Below, piece after piece: positions 11,531 through 24,353 of a DNA stretch of 64,000 nt (position 1 is the first letter of the stretch; the number at the start of each line of letters is the position of its first letter). Position numbers and translations under genes: made by a program. This DNA comes from Mobula hypostoma. Lineage: Eukaryota. Below the pieces are notes generated by a model that did no database searches, was not told the origin of the DNA, and saw only the letters and a list, made by a program, of their open reading frames with translations. Location: NCBI RefSeq assembly GCF_963921235.1, contig NW_026948143.1:62001-126000 (forward strand), in the 5' to 3' direction.

Positions 11531-14500
11531 ATTTTTCCCTTTCAATATTTTCATTAGTTTCTACATAGAAGAAAATAGAGTACAAGCTAGTATATATAAA
11601 AGCTAAATAAAACCTACCAATTACATTATAACTATTCATAATAACAATCTTATTACCCCGTATTCATGTAGGTTAGTCAAAGTTATATTGAAATATACTA
11701 ATTTATTACAAAAAAGAGTCTAACCCCTACCAAGACCAAAGCTGTTTATTAATGAGAAAAAAAGGTAAAATACCTTCTCGTATAATAAAAATTAATAATA
11801 GCCAACATCTAAATTTAAACAACGAATTGAGCGTTTTGAAAGTTTTGAAAATAATTCAGAAAGGGTCCCCACAATGTTTGAAAGTCTTGACGAGATTCAG
11901 AAATTGAACAATGGGTCTTCTCTAAATCTAAGCATGACATAACGTCGCATAACCATTGAGCATGAGTAGGAGGAGAAACATCTTTCCATTTAAACAAAAG
12001 TGCTCTCCTAGCTATAAGAGAGCTAAAGGCCAAAATGCGTAAATCAGATGTCTGCAGCTTGATATCTTGTCCTGCAACAATACTGAATAGGGCCGTCAGA
12101 GGAGTAGACTTAAAATTGACTTTGAAAAGTAAGGAAATGTTTGAAAAACTTCCTTTCAATATTTTTCAAGACATGGACAAGTCCAAAACATATGAATTAA
12201 TGAAGCTTCTCCATTATTACATCTGTCACAGTAGGGAGATATATGCGAATAAAAACGAGATAGCTTATCTTTAGTCATATGGACTCTATGTACCAACTTA
12301 AATTGTATGAAGGAATGGCGAGCATATAACGATGAAGTATTAACCAGTTTAAAAATTTCATTCCAAGTTTCCTCAGATATTGATGTATGTAAATCTTGTT
12401 CCCAATTTTGTCAAAAGGAAGATTTCTCGTCTCCAGTAACATACCATAAATATTAGATATTGAACCATTATGAAAAGGTGTCAAATTAAAAATTATGTCT
12501 ATTAAGTTCTTATCTGAGCTTATAGGAAATGTGCATAATTGAGATCTTAGAAAGTCTCTGATTTGTGGATACCTAAAACAGTGAGTTTTGGGTAAGCTAT
12601 ATTTAGCTGACAATTGCTCAAATGAAAAAGGATTTCCTCCACAAGCATATCCCAAAAACATTTAATACCCAACACGTCCCATTCTTTAAAAACTAAATCA
12701 GTCATGGAGCTTTTAAAAAAATTAGAATAAATGGGACTAGAAAAGGAAAATCTCAATAAACCAAAATGTTTTCTAAATTATATCCAGATCCTCAGAGTAT
12801 GTTTAACTATTAAATTATCAGTTCGTTTACTTATAAGTAAAGGAAGTGAGGATCCAAGAAGAGGAATAATAGAAAATTTATTAACCAAGTTAGCTTCTAA
12901 AGAAACGCATACCTGACAGTCTACACGATTAATATAATACAGCCAAAATGTAAGATATCATATATTAACTGCCAGTAATAAAACCTAAAATTAGGTAAGG
13001 CTAAACCTCCAGGCTTTTTAGGTGTTTGAAGATGAACTTTATTTAAACAAGGATGTTTATTTTTTCCATATATAGGTGGGTAAAAAAGATTCAAGAGAAT
13101 CAAAAAAGGATTTAGGAATAAAAATGGGTAAAGTCTGAAAATGATATATAAATTCAGGTAGAATATTAATTTTAATCAAATTAATTCGTCCATTCAACGA
13201 TATTGAAAGAGGTGACCAATTTAATGATATCTTTTTTACATGGTTCAATAAAGTAAGAAAGTTTTTTTTAAACAGGTGTTTGTAATTCTTAGTGATTGTT
13301 ACACCCAAATAAGTAAATCGATTCCTTACAATTTTAAAAGGGAGATTAGTATTAATTGATACCAAATTATTTAAAGGAGATAATTCACTCTTATGTAGGT
13401 TCAATTTATATCCTGAAAACTGGCTAAAACAGGAGAGTAAAGAAAGTACGCAAGGTAACGAGGTCTCAACATTTGAGATAAAAAGCAATATATCATCAGA
13501 TTTTGTGGGTGATACCTCTCCTTAAAATACCACAGATATCATTAGATTCTCGAAAAGCAATGGCAAGGGGTTCTAAAGCTAGATCAAACAGCAGGGGACT
13601 CAACGGGCAGCCTTGTCTAGTTCCACAGTGAAGTTTAAATGGTTTGGAATTTTGAAAATTAGTAAGAACCCAAGCAGAAGGAGATAAATAAAGTAATTTA
13701 ATCCATTGAATAAAATCTAGTCCAAAATTAAATTCTTCTAAGGTTTTAAATAAATAATTCCATTCAACCCGATCGAAGGCCTTCTCAGCACCTAAGGATA
13801 TCACACATTCCAATACCTCTTGAGAAGGAGAGTAAGTAACATTTAATACACAGCGTATATTAAAATGGGAAAGTCAGTTTTTAATATGTCCAGTCTGATC
13901 ATCAGAAATAATAGAAGGTAAAGTATCTTCAATCTCACAAGCCAGGACTTTAGAAAGAATTTTAGTATCAACATTGAGTGATGAAATTGGCCGATATGAA
14001 GAGCATTCAGTTGGATCCTTGTTCTTTTTTAGGATAAGCAAAATAGAAGCTTCTTAAAATAATTGAGGCAAACTCCCCAATTTAAAGGAATCCAAAAAGA
14101 CTAAGTGTAACTGCGGTATAATTAATGAAGAAAAAGCCTTATAAAATTCTCCAGAAAATCCATCTGGACCTGGAGCCTTCCCCGAGTGTAATGAACGTAT
14201 AGCCTCAGCAATTTCCTCATAAGAAATGGGTTGATCCATCTGTTTGCAATTATCCGCAGAGAGCGCAGGGATATTTAATTGATCTAGAAAATTATTCATT
14301 ACAGTATTATCTTTAGGGGAATCAGAACTATAAAGTTTAGAATAGAATTCTCTAAAGGTATCATTTATTTCAGAGTAATCAGTTGTCCTATCACCATTAG
14401 TTTTGCAAATTTCTTTAATTTGTTCTTTAACTACAGAAGTTTTTAATTTGTTGGCCAATACTTTGCCTGATTTATTTCCATGAATGTAAAATTGAGTTTT

Positions 14501-17192
14501 ATCTTTAAGAGTTGAGTTTCAATTGGATATGTTAACAGAAGATCATATTTAGTTTTAACTTCAACACATCTTTTATATAAAACAGGATCTGGAGCTATAG
14601 CATATTTTTGATCTAATTGTTTCAATTGATTGGCTAATTCAATTCTTTCTTTATTAGCTTTATTCTTAACACTCGCAGTATAAGAAATAATTTGTCCTCT
14701 AATATAGGCCTTGAAAGTATCCTATATGATAAGATTAGAAGTCTCTTCCTTTTTATTCTCTTCAAAAAACAAAATAATATGCTTCTCTAGAAATTTTAAA
14801 AATTCCTTATCAGATAACAAAGTTGTATTAAAATGCTAAAATCTGTTGGGTTGAGGAAGACCAGGAAGTTTTAAAGATAGAAATATAGGAGCGTGATCTG
14901 AAACAGCAATCTCTTTATATTCATAGGAATGAACTGATGAAATCATTTGACTATCAATTAAAAAAATCCTGGAATATGTATGATGAACCTGGGGAAAAAA
15001 TGAATACTCCCTATCTGAAGGATATAAAAAACGCCAAACATCAACTATACCACACTTCAATAAAAAGGATTGAATAAAGAAAGCAGATTTATTAAGAGAT
15101 GCTGGTTTAGAAGATGATCGGTCTAAAATTGGGTCTAGCCAACAGTTAAAATCTCCTCCCATCACCAAAGAATAAAGATTCAGATCTAGTAAAAACAAAA
15201 AAAAACTCAAAGAATCCTGGATCATCTACATTTGGGGCATATACATTGGCAAATGCTATTAATTTATTATCTAGTTTTCCTGAAACTATAACAAAACATC
15301 GATAGTATCAGGCACTACTTTATGTTGGACAAAGGAAAATGTATTACCTATGAGAATTGAAACTCTTCTAGATTTGGCCTGAAAAGAAGAGTGAAAACAA
15401 AGTCCATGCCAACGGCTAAAAAAACGTAGATTATCACATTTGTGTATGTGAGATTCTTGTAAAAAATAATAGGGACCTTAAATTTCTTAATATAAGCAAA
15501 AATCTTATTACGTTTAACAGGGTGATTTAACCCTTTCATTTTAAAACTGAGTAAATTAATAGTCTGGTCCATTTTTAATATCATTTAAAGGAAGGGTTAA
15601 AATGTAAGTTAAAAACCAAGCCATAAACCTTGAGAAATGGTAACCAAGCAACAAGTTAGCTAAAAATTCGAAAACTGCTTCTGGAAAAAAAAACATACCC
15701 CCGCCCACCTCCCAAAGAAAGAAAACTGACCAATAGAAAGTTGGCATCTAAACTACGGACAACCCCCCCAAAAAACCTGGTGATCGCTCCAATTAGTTTC
15801 AAGGTTATTTATATTCCAACCTCTACTAAACAATACCCAAACAAGAGATTCAATTTTCGTATATCAAAAATACAGTATTAAAAAATACGAAAGGAAATTA
15901 GTTACAACGGTTTACCAAATGTAAAAGATACAATTATTCATACAGATAGACATTAAACATTTAATCTTATATCTTCATGGAAAAACAGACGAAGCAGTTA
16001 GCCTTCAAATTTAAAAAATCTTCGTCCTTCAGCATTCAAATGAAACCATACGAAGGATCCATCTTTAATGAGACTCTCAGTCAAACTGGGTAGCCAAGGG
16101 ACGGGTTAAAACCCTTATTAAAAAAATTCCAACAGAGCTTGTTTAAACTTAGCACATTCCTGTATAACCTCAAGCGAATAATCTTCGAGAATCTTAATAT
16201 TCCACCCTATAACCAATCATGCCCCTTCGATGGGATTTGCAAATTAAAAGTTTCTCATTTAATCTTGTGTCTTCATGTGGGGAGAAACTAAACAGCTAGC
16301 CTTCAGATTTTAAAAACTTTTGTGCTTCAACAGTCGAGCAGAACCATCTGAAAGAATCGTTTTTAAGTGTGATTCTGAGTCGGACTGGGTAGCGAGGGGA
16401 TGGCTTGATACCCTTATTAAAAAGCTCGGACATAACTTCTTTGAACTTAACACATTCCTACATAACCTCAGGCGAATAATCTTCAACAATTCTAATCTTG
16501 CGACCATTATAGTCAATCATGCCTCTTCAACAAGATTCACAAATTAAGAGTTCCTTTGTCTTAAATTCCTGAAAACATTATTACTGATCTTGGTCTCTGA
16601 CCATTAGGAGATCTAAACGCAGGAGATCTGTGAACTCGATCAATCATAGGCACAGACATCAAAATCTCTGGAAATAATTCTTGCAAAAAGTTTGCAAACA
16701 ACTCCATAGGATGATTACCTTCGAATAATTCTTCGAGACCCAGAACCCATAGGTTGTTCCTTCTACTTCTATTTTCTAGGTTGATAATCTTCTGTCTTAA
16801 CTTTTCGTTGGACTTCGATCACTTTTCACAAAGCTTCTGCAATTCATCCACTTCCGTTTCCAGAGCCGACATAATTTCCTCATTTTTTAAAATACGTTTA
16901 TCATGTTCATTAAGAGTTTGTTGAATAGAATCCAATTTACCATCTATTTGTTTAAATTCAGTGCTGAATTGTTGAAACTTCTCAGAGGCTTCTCGTAGCA
17001 AATCCACAATAGAATCCAAAGAAGCAGGAAGATCGTCCTTTTTAGTACCTCTGACCCTCCTTCCAGCCATAATGAAAGAATATCACACTTAAAAAGAAGT
17101 TTCAAGACAGGTTGGAAATAGTAAGATAATTAGAGTTGGAGCAATGGCAGATTGCTGTTACTCCATCAGCCACCACCAGGAAAAAAATCATA
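11531..17192 (-). mobile_element. Full-length (~5.7 kb) L1-clade LINE (copy 2), both ORFs disrupted
   Basis: ORF1 runs from 17070 (coiled coil, RSRRNN-like, CTD) to a stop at ~16296. ORF2 runs ~15570-11815 (KGLNHPVKRNKIF, MGGDFNC, GKAPGPDGFSGEFYK, AEKAFDRVEW, GTRQGCPLSPLLF, LPNFRFYYW). A-rich 3' end; imperfect TSD gacatt(a)tttt / ggcattttt. Confidence 0.95.
15961..16558 (-). repeat. Diverged ~300-bp tandem duplication of the L1 ORF1 C-terminal domain coding segment
   Basis: ttaatcttatatcttcatgg (15961) matches ttaatcttgtgtcttcatg (16259), and aaattaaaagtttct (16241) matches aaattaagagttcct (16541). Both copies translate to LLIC..RGMI.Y...I.EDYS.EV..EC.KFK....FNKG..PS..YPV...EG*. Confidence 0.85.
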
Positions 17193-18607
17193 GGCATTTT
17201 TAATCTCTCCCTCTCCTAGTGTAGAGTGCCGTTCAGCTTCAAATTATCCACCATTGTCCCTGTACCAAAAAAGGCCAAGGTAATATGTCTGAACGACTGG
17301 CCTCCTGTCGCACTCACCTCAATAATAAGCAAATGCTTTGAGAGGCTGGTCAAGGATTACATCTGCAGCTTGCTACCACCCAGACTGGACCCCCTACAAT
17401 TCGCCTACTGACAACCGATCAACAGATGACACATTAGCCACTGCTCTACATAGCGTCCTTACACATCTGGAGAAGAAGGATGCTTATGTGAGTATGCTGT
17501 TCTTGGACTACAGTTCAGCATTCAACACCATAATTCCATCCAAGCTCAACAGGATGCTCGGAGACCTCGGCCTTGACCCTGCCTTGTGCAACTGGATCCT
17601 GGACTTCCTGTCAGATTGCCGGCAGGCGGTAAGAGTGGTCTCCCTCACCTCCACCCCTCTGACTCTCAACTCAGGTGCCCCTCAGGACTCTGTACTAAGT
17701 CCCCTCCTTTACTCCCTGTATACCCATGACTGTGTCACCACCCACAGCTCCAATCTGCTAATTAAATTTGCTAATGACACTACATTGATTGGCCTAATCT
17801 CAAACAATAACAAGGTGGTCTACAGGGAAGAAGTCATCTCTCTGACACTGTGGTGTCAAGAAAACAACCTTTCCCTCAAAGTTACAAAAACAAAGGAGCT
17901 GGTTGTGGATTACAGGAGGAATGGAGATGGGCTAACCCCAATTGACATCAATGGATCTGGGGTTGAGAGGGTAAACAGCTTTAAGTTCCTCACCGAGGAC
18001 CTCATGTGACCCATGTACCTATCCAGGAGCCTCTCAAAATACCCTATTGTATCCGCTTCCACCACCATGGCCAGCAGCCCTTTCCACACACTCACCATTC
18101 TCTGCATAAAAAACTTACTCCTTAGATAATATGACATAATTAGAAAGGGATGACATAGGATCGGAAGGTGTAGAGTCTCTATGGGCTGAGTTAAGAAATT
18201 GGCAAGGGTAAAAGGACTCTAATGACAGTTGTACACAGGCCTTCAAACAGCAGCCAAGATGTGGATTACAAATTACAGCTGGAGATAGGAAAGACGTGTC
18301 AGAAGGGCAATGTCATGATAATCGTTGGGGATTTTAACATGAAAGTGGATTGGGAAAACCAAGCCAGTACTGGACCTCAAGAGAGAGAATTTATAGAATG
18401 TCTAAGGGATGGATTTTTAGAACAGCTTGTTGTTGAGCCCACTAAGGTATCCGCTGTGCTGGAGTGGGTGTTATGCAATGATCTAGAGGTGATAAGAGAG
18501 CTTAAGGTTAAGGAATCCTTAGGGAACGGTAATCACAATATGAAGAGCAAGAGGATAAGATGTGAAAGAACAGGACCTATCAGGTGTGACAGTGGGAAAG
18601 CGTGTAT

Positions 18608-19165
18608 AGAAACATAGAAACATAGAAAATAGGTGCAGGAGTAGGCCATTCGGCCCTTCGAGCCTGCACCGCCATTTATTATGATCATGGCTGATCATCC
18701 AACTCAGAACCCCGCCCCAGCCTTCTCTCCATACCCCCTGACCCCCGTAGCCACAAGGGCCATATCTAACTCCCTCTTAAATATAGCCAATGAACTGGCC
18801 TCAACTGTTTCCTGTGGCAGAGAATTCCACAGATTCACCACTCTCTGTGTGAAGAAGTTTTTCCTAATCTCGGTCCTAAAAGGCTTCCCCTCTATCCTCA
18901 AACTGTGACCCCTCGTTCTGGACTTCCCCAACATCGGGAACAATCTTCCTGCATCTAGCCTGTCCAATCCCTTTAGGATCTTATACGTTTCAATCAGATC
19001 CCCCCTCAATCTTCTAAATTCCAACGAGTATAAGCCTAGTCGATCCAGTCTTTCATCATATGAAAGTCCTGCCATCCCAGGAATCAATCTGGTGAACCTT
19101 CTTTGTACTCCCTCTATGGCAAGGATGTCTTTCCTCAGATTAGGGGACCAAAACTGCACACAATA
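18608..19165 (-). mobile_element. CR1-B 3' fragment
   Basis: YCVQFWSPNLRKDILAIEGVQRRFTRLIPGMAGLSYDERL...; (CTATGTTT)n tail. Confidence 0.93.
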
Positions 19166-19952
19166 ACCAGAGGAAATAGCAGAGGTAATTAATGAATACT
19201 CTACTTCAGTATTCACTGTGGAAAAGGATCTTGGTGATTGTAGTGATGACTTGCAGCGGACTGAAAAGCTTGAGCATGTAGATATTAAGAAAGAGGATGT
19301 GCTGGAGGTTTGGAAAGCATCAAGGTGGATAAGTCGCCGGGACCGGATGAGATGTACCACAGGCTACTGTGGGAGGCGAAGGAGGAGATTGCTGAGCCTT
19401 TGGCAATGATCTTTGCATCATCAATGGGGACGGGGGAAGTTCCGGAGGATTGGAGGGTTGCGGATGTTGTTCCCTTATTCAAGAAAGGGAGTAGAGATAG
19501 CCCAGGAAATTATAGACCAGTGAGTCTTACCTCAGTCGTTGGTAAGTTGATGGGGAAGATCCTGAGAGGCAGGATTTATGAACATTTGGAGAGGAATAGT
19601 CAGCATGGCTTTGTTAAGGGCAGGTCGTGCTTTATGAGCCTGATTGAATTTTTTGAGGATGTGACTAAACACATTGATGAAGAAAGAACAGTAGATGTAG
19701 TGTACATGGATTTCAGTAAGGTATTTGATAAGGTACCCCATGCAAGGCTTATTGAGAAAGTAAGGAGGCATGGGATCCAAGGGGACCTTGCTTTGTGGAT
19801 CCAGAACTGGCTTGCCCACAGAAGACAAAGAGTGGTTGTAGATGGGTCATATTCTGCATGGAGGTCGGTCACCAGTGGAGTGCCTCAGGGATCTGTTCTG
19901 GAACCCTTACACTTCGTGACTTTTATAAATAACCTGGATGAGGAAGTGGAGG

Positions 19953-22803
19953 TACAAGTGGAGGTCCAGTCCCTCCGCACTAATCCTAACCTTACTATAA
20001 AACCCGCCGATAAGGGGGGTGCTGTTGTAGTCTGGCGTACTGACCTCTACCTTGCCGAGGCACAGCGACAACTCACAGATACCTCCTCTTATTTACCCCT
20101 TGATCGTAACCCCACTAAGGAGCACCAGGCCATTGTCTCCCACACCATCACCGACTTTATCCGCTCAGGGGTTCTCCCATCCGCTGCTACCAACCTTATA
20201 GTTCCCACACCTCGCACTTCCCATTTCTACCTCCTACCCAAGATCCACAAACCTGCCTGTCCTGGTAGACCTATTGTCTCAGCTTGCTCCTGCCCCACCG
20301 AACTCATTTCTGCATACCTCGACACGGTTTTATCCCCCCTTGTTCAATCCCTTCCTACCTATATTTGTGACACTTCTCATGCTCTGAAACTTTTCGATGA
20401 TCTTAAGTTCCCTGGCCCCCACCGCTTTTTATTCACTATGGATGTCCAGTCCCTATATACTCCCATCCCCCATCAGGAAGGTCTCAAAGCTCTCTGCTTC
20501 TTTTTGGATTCTAGACCTAACCAGTTCCCCTCTACCACCACTCTGCTCCGTCCAGCGGAATTAGTCCTTACTCTCAATAATTTCTCCTTTGGCTCCTCCC
20601 ACTTCCTCCAAACTAAAGGTGTGGCCATGGGCACCCATATGGGTCCTAGCTATGCCTGCCTTTTTGTTGGCTTTGTGAAACAATCTAAGTTCCAAACCTA
20701 TTCTGGTATCTGTCCCCCACTTTTCCTTCGCTTTGGCGCTGAAGTTCGTTGACTTCATTAACTTTGCCTCCAAGTTTCACCCTGCCCTCAAGTTTACCTG
20801 GTCCATTTCCGACACCTCCCTCCCCTTCCTAGATCTTTCTGTCTCTATCTCTGGAGACAGCTTATCTACTGATGTCTACTATAAGCTGACTGACTCTCAC
20901 AGCTATCTGGACTATTCCTCTTCTCACCCTGTCTCTTGCAAAAATGCCATCCCCTTCTCTCAATTCCTCCGTCTCCGCCGCATCTGCTCTCAGGATGAGG
21001 CTTTTCATAGAAACATAGAAAATAGGTGCAGGAGTAGGCCATTCGGCCCTTCAAGCCTGCACTGCCATTCAGTATGATCATGCCTAATCATCCAACTCAG
21101 AACCCTGTACCTGCCTTCTCTCCATTCCCCCGATCCCTTTAGCCACAAGGGCCATATCTAACTCCCTCTTAACTATAGTCAATGAATTGGCCTCAACTGT
21201 TTCCTGTGGCAGAGAATTCCACAGATTCACCACTCTCTGTGTGAAGAAGTTTTTCCTCATCTCGGTCCTAAATGGCTTCCCCTTTATCCTTAAACTGTGA
21301 CCCCTCGTTCTGGACTTCCCCAACATCAGGAACAATCTTCCTGCATCTAGCCTGTCCAATCCCTTTAGAATTTTATATGTTTCAATAAGATCCTCCCTCA
21401 ATCTTCTAAATTCCAGCAAGTATAAGCCTAGTCGATCCAGTCGTTCATCATATGAAAGTCCTGCCATCCCAGGAATCAATCTGGTGAACCTTCTTTGCAC
21501 TCCCTCTATGGCAAGGATGTCTTTCCTCAGATTAGGGGACCAGGTGTGGTCTCACCAAGGCCTTGTACAACTGCAGTAGTACCTCCCTGCTCCTGTACTC
21601 GAATCCTCTTGCTATGAATGCCAGCATATCATTTGCCTTTTTCACTGCCTGCTGTACCTGCATGCCCACTTTCCTTTTTTAAAGAAAGGGGCTTCCCTTC
21701 CTCCACCATCAATTCTGCTCTCAAATGCATCTCCCCCATTTCACGCACATCTGCTTTCACTCCATCCTCCCACCACCCCACTAGGAATAGGGCTCCCCTT
21801 GTCCTCACCTACCACCCCACCAGCCTCCGGGTCCAACATATTATTCTCCGTAACTTACGCCACCTCCAACGGGATCCCACCACTAAGCACATCTTTCCCT
21901 CCCCCCCTCTGCTTTCCGCAGGGATCGCTCCCTACGCAACTCCTTTGTTCATTCATCCCCCCCCATCCCTCCCCACCGATCTCCCTCCTGGCACTTATCC
22001 TTGTAAGCGGAACAAGTGCTACACATGCCCTTACACTTCATTCCTCACCACCATTCAGGGCCCCAGACAGTCCTTCCAGGTGAGGCGACACTTCACCTGT
22101 GAGTCAGCTGGGGTGATATACTGCATCTGGTGCTCCCGATATGGCCTTCTATATATTGGCGAGAACCGACGCAAACTGGGAGATCGTTTCGCTGAACACC
22201 TACGCTCTGTCCGCCAGAGAAAGCAGGATCTCCCAGTGGCCACACATTTTAATTCCACATCCCATTCCCATTCTGATATGTCTATCCACGGCCTCCTCTA
22301 CTGTAAAGATGAAGCCACACTCAGGTTGGAGGAATAACACCTTATATTCTGTCTGGGTAGCCTCCAACCTGATGGCATGGACATTGACTTCTCAAACTTC
22401 CGCTAATGCCCCACCTCCCCCTCGTCCCTCGTACCCCATCCATTATTTACATACACACATTCTTTTTTCTCTCTCTCCTTTTTCTCCCTCTGTCCCTCTC
22501 ACTATACCCCTTGCCCATTCTCTAGGTTCCCCCCCCACCTTTTCTTTCTCCCTAGGTCTCCTGTCCCACGATCCTCTCATATCCCTTTTGCTAATCAACT
22601 GTCCATCTCTTGGCTCTATCCCTCCCCCTCCTGTCTTCTCCTATCATTTTGGATCACCCCCTCCCCCTCCCACTTTCAAATCTCTTACAAGCTCTTCTTT
22701 CAGTTAGTCCGGTTGAAGGGTCTCAGCCCGAAACGTCGACTGTACCTCTTCCAATAGATGCTGCCTGTCCTACTGTGTTCACCAGCAACTTTTATGTGTG
22801 TTA
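19953..22803 (+). mobile_element. Penelope-like element (Neptune-type RT + GIY-YIG), 5'-truncated, copy 1; split by CR1-B at 21007-21670
   Basis: IKPADKGGAVVV, YLLPKIHK, GRPIVS, MDVQSLYT, GVAMG; Cys-rich linker CKRNKCYTC; VIYCIWC...LYIGE. 12-bp TSD AGGAAGTGGAGG at 19941-19952 and 22804-22815. Confidence 0.93.
21007..21670 (-). mobile_element. CR1-B 3' fragment nested in the PLE
   Basis: ORF 21084-21500 is CR1 RT C-terminus; catagaaacatagaaa tail. Confidence 0.93.
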
Positions 22804-24024
22804 AGGAAGTGGAGGGATGGGTTAGTAAGTTTGCTGATGACACAAAGGTTGGAAGTGTTGTGGATAGTGTGGGGGGCTGTCAGATGTTACAGCAGGACAT
22901 TGATAGGATGCAAAACTGGGCTGAGAAGTGGCAGATGGAGTTCAACCCAGATAAGTGTGAAGTGGTTCATTTTGGTAGCTCAAAAATGATGGCAGAACAT
23001 GGTAAGACTCCTGGCAGTGTGGAGGATCAAAGGGATCTTGGGGTCCGAGTCCACAGGACACTCACAACAGCTGCGCAGGTTGACTCTGTGGTTCAGAAGG
23101 TATACGGTGTATTGGCCTTCATCAATCCTGGAATTGAATTTAGGAGCCGAGAGGTAATGTTGCTGGTATATAGGACTCTGGTCAGACCCCAGTTGGAGTA
23201 CTGTGCTCAGTTCTGTTCACCTCACTACAGGAAGGATGTGGAAACCATAGAAAGGGCGCAGAGGAGATTTACAAGGATGTTGCCTGGATTGGGGAGCATG
23301 CCTTATGAGAATAGGTTGAGTGAACTCGGCCTTTTCTTTTGGAGCGATGGAGAATGAGAGGTGACCTGATAGAGGTGTATAAGATGATGAGAGGCATTGA
23401 CCGTGTGGAAAGTCAGAGGCTTTTTCCCAGGGCTGAAATGGTTGCCACAAGAGGGTACAGGTTAAGGTACTGGGGAGTAGGTACAGAGGAGATATCAGGG
23501 GTAAGTTTTTTACTCAGAGAGTGGTGAGTGTGTGGAATGGGCTGCCGGCAATGGTGATGGAGGCGGATACAATAGGGTATTTTAAGAGACTTTTGGATAG
23601 GTACATGGAGCTTCGAAAAATAGAGGGCTATGGGTAACCGTAGTAATTTCTAAGGCAGGGACACGTTCGGCATATCTTTTTGGGCCGAAGGGCCTGTATT
23701 GTGCTGTAGGTTTTCTATGTTTTCTATGAGTTCACTTTGAAAGTTGAGAAGGAAAAACTAAATTCCAATGTGTGGTATTTCAGTGGAATAATGGAAATTA
23801 CAATGGCATGAGCAGGGAACTGGCCAAGTTTGACTGGAAAGGGACTCCAGCAGGAAGGATAGCAGAGCAGCAATGGCTGGAGTTTCTGTGAAAAATGAGG
23901 GAAGACAGATATATTCCAAATAAGAACAAACAACAGGAATTCTGCAGATGCTGGAAATTCAAGCAACATACATCAAAGTTGCTGGTGAACGCAGCAGGCC
24001 AGGCAGCATCTATAGGAAGAGGCG

Positions 24025-24066
24025 CAGTCGACGTTTCAGGCCGAGACCCTTCGTCAGGACTAACTG
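24025..24066 (-). ncRNA. Minimal type I hammerhead ribozyme motif in the PLE terminal region
   Basis: Minus-strand RNA CAGUUAGUC-CUGACGA-AGG(GUCUCGG)CCU-GAAA-CG-UC^GACUG. It has the conserved core, a 3-bp stem II, stem I UAGUC/GACUG, a palindromic ACGU in place of stem III and a GUC cleavage triplet. Confidence 0.75.
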
Positions 24067-24353
24067 AAGGAAGAGTGAGTAAGGGATTTGAAAGCTGGAG
24101 GGGGAGGGGGAGATGCAAAATGATAGGAGAAGACAGGAGGGGGAGGGATGGAGCCGAGAGCTGGACAGGTGATAGGCAGAAGGGGATACGAGAGGATCAT
24201 GGGACAGGAGGTCCGGGAAGAAAGACGGGGGGGTGTGACCCAGAGGATGGGCAAGAGGTATATTCAGAGGGACAGAGGGAGAAAAAGGAGAGTGAGAGAA
24301 AGAATGTGTGCATTAAAAAGAGTAACAGATGGGGTACGAGGGGGAGGTGGGGC

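Larger units (their letters stand above)
10739..18008 (+). mobile_element. Rex1/Babar LINE split by an L1: 10739-11530 and 17193-18008; 3' end missing
   Basis: LDHCYT...KSDH, KAVGPDGIPGQVLRMCAAQLAGVFTDI|FNLSL...PVPKK, LQFAY, FLDYSSAFNTIIP, GAPQDSVLSPLLYSLYTHDC, KFANDT. Confidence 0.9.
18540..23728 (+). mobile_element. 5'-truncated CR1-A split into 18540-18607, 19166-19952 and 22804-23728
   Basis: GKACIE|PEEIAEV and [16 protein letters not shown] join up across the inserts; tail ttttctatgttttctatg at 23728. Confidence 0.92.

Noticed and set aside
18704..19360. Novel protein ORF (also 29200-30006, 38765-39148 and 23895-24560)
   Set aside because: These frames cross TE junctions or lie antisense to TE coding sequence.
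22701..22742. Second functional hammerhead
   Set aside because: The core is mutated to CGGTTGA. The copy at 49161-49192 is cut inside the core.
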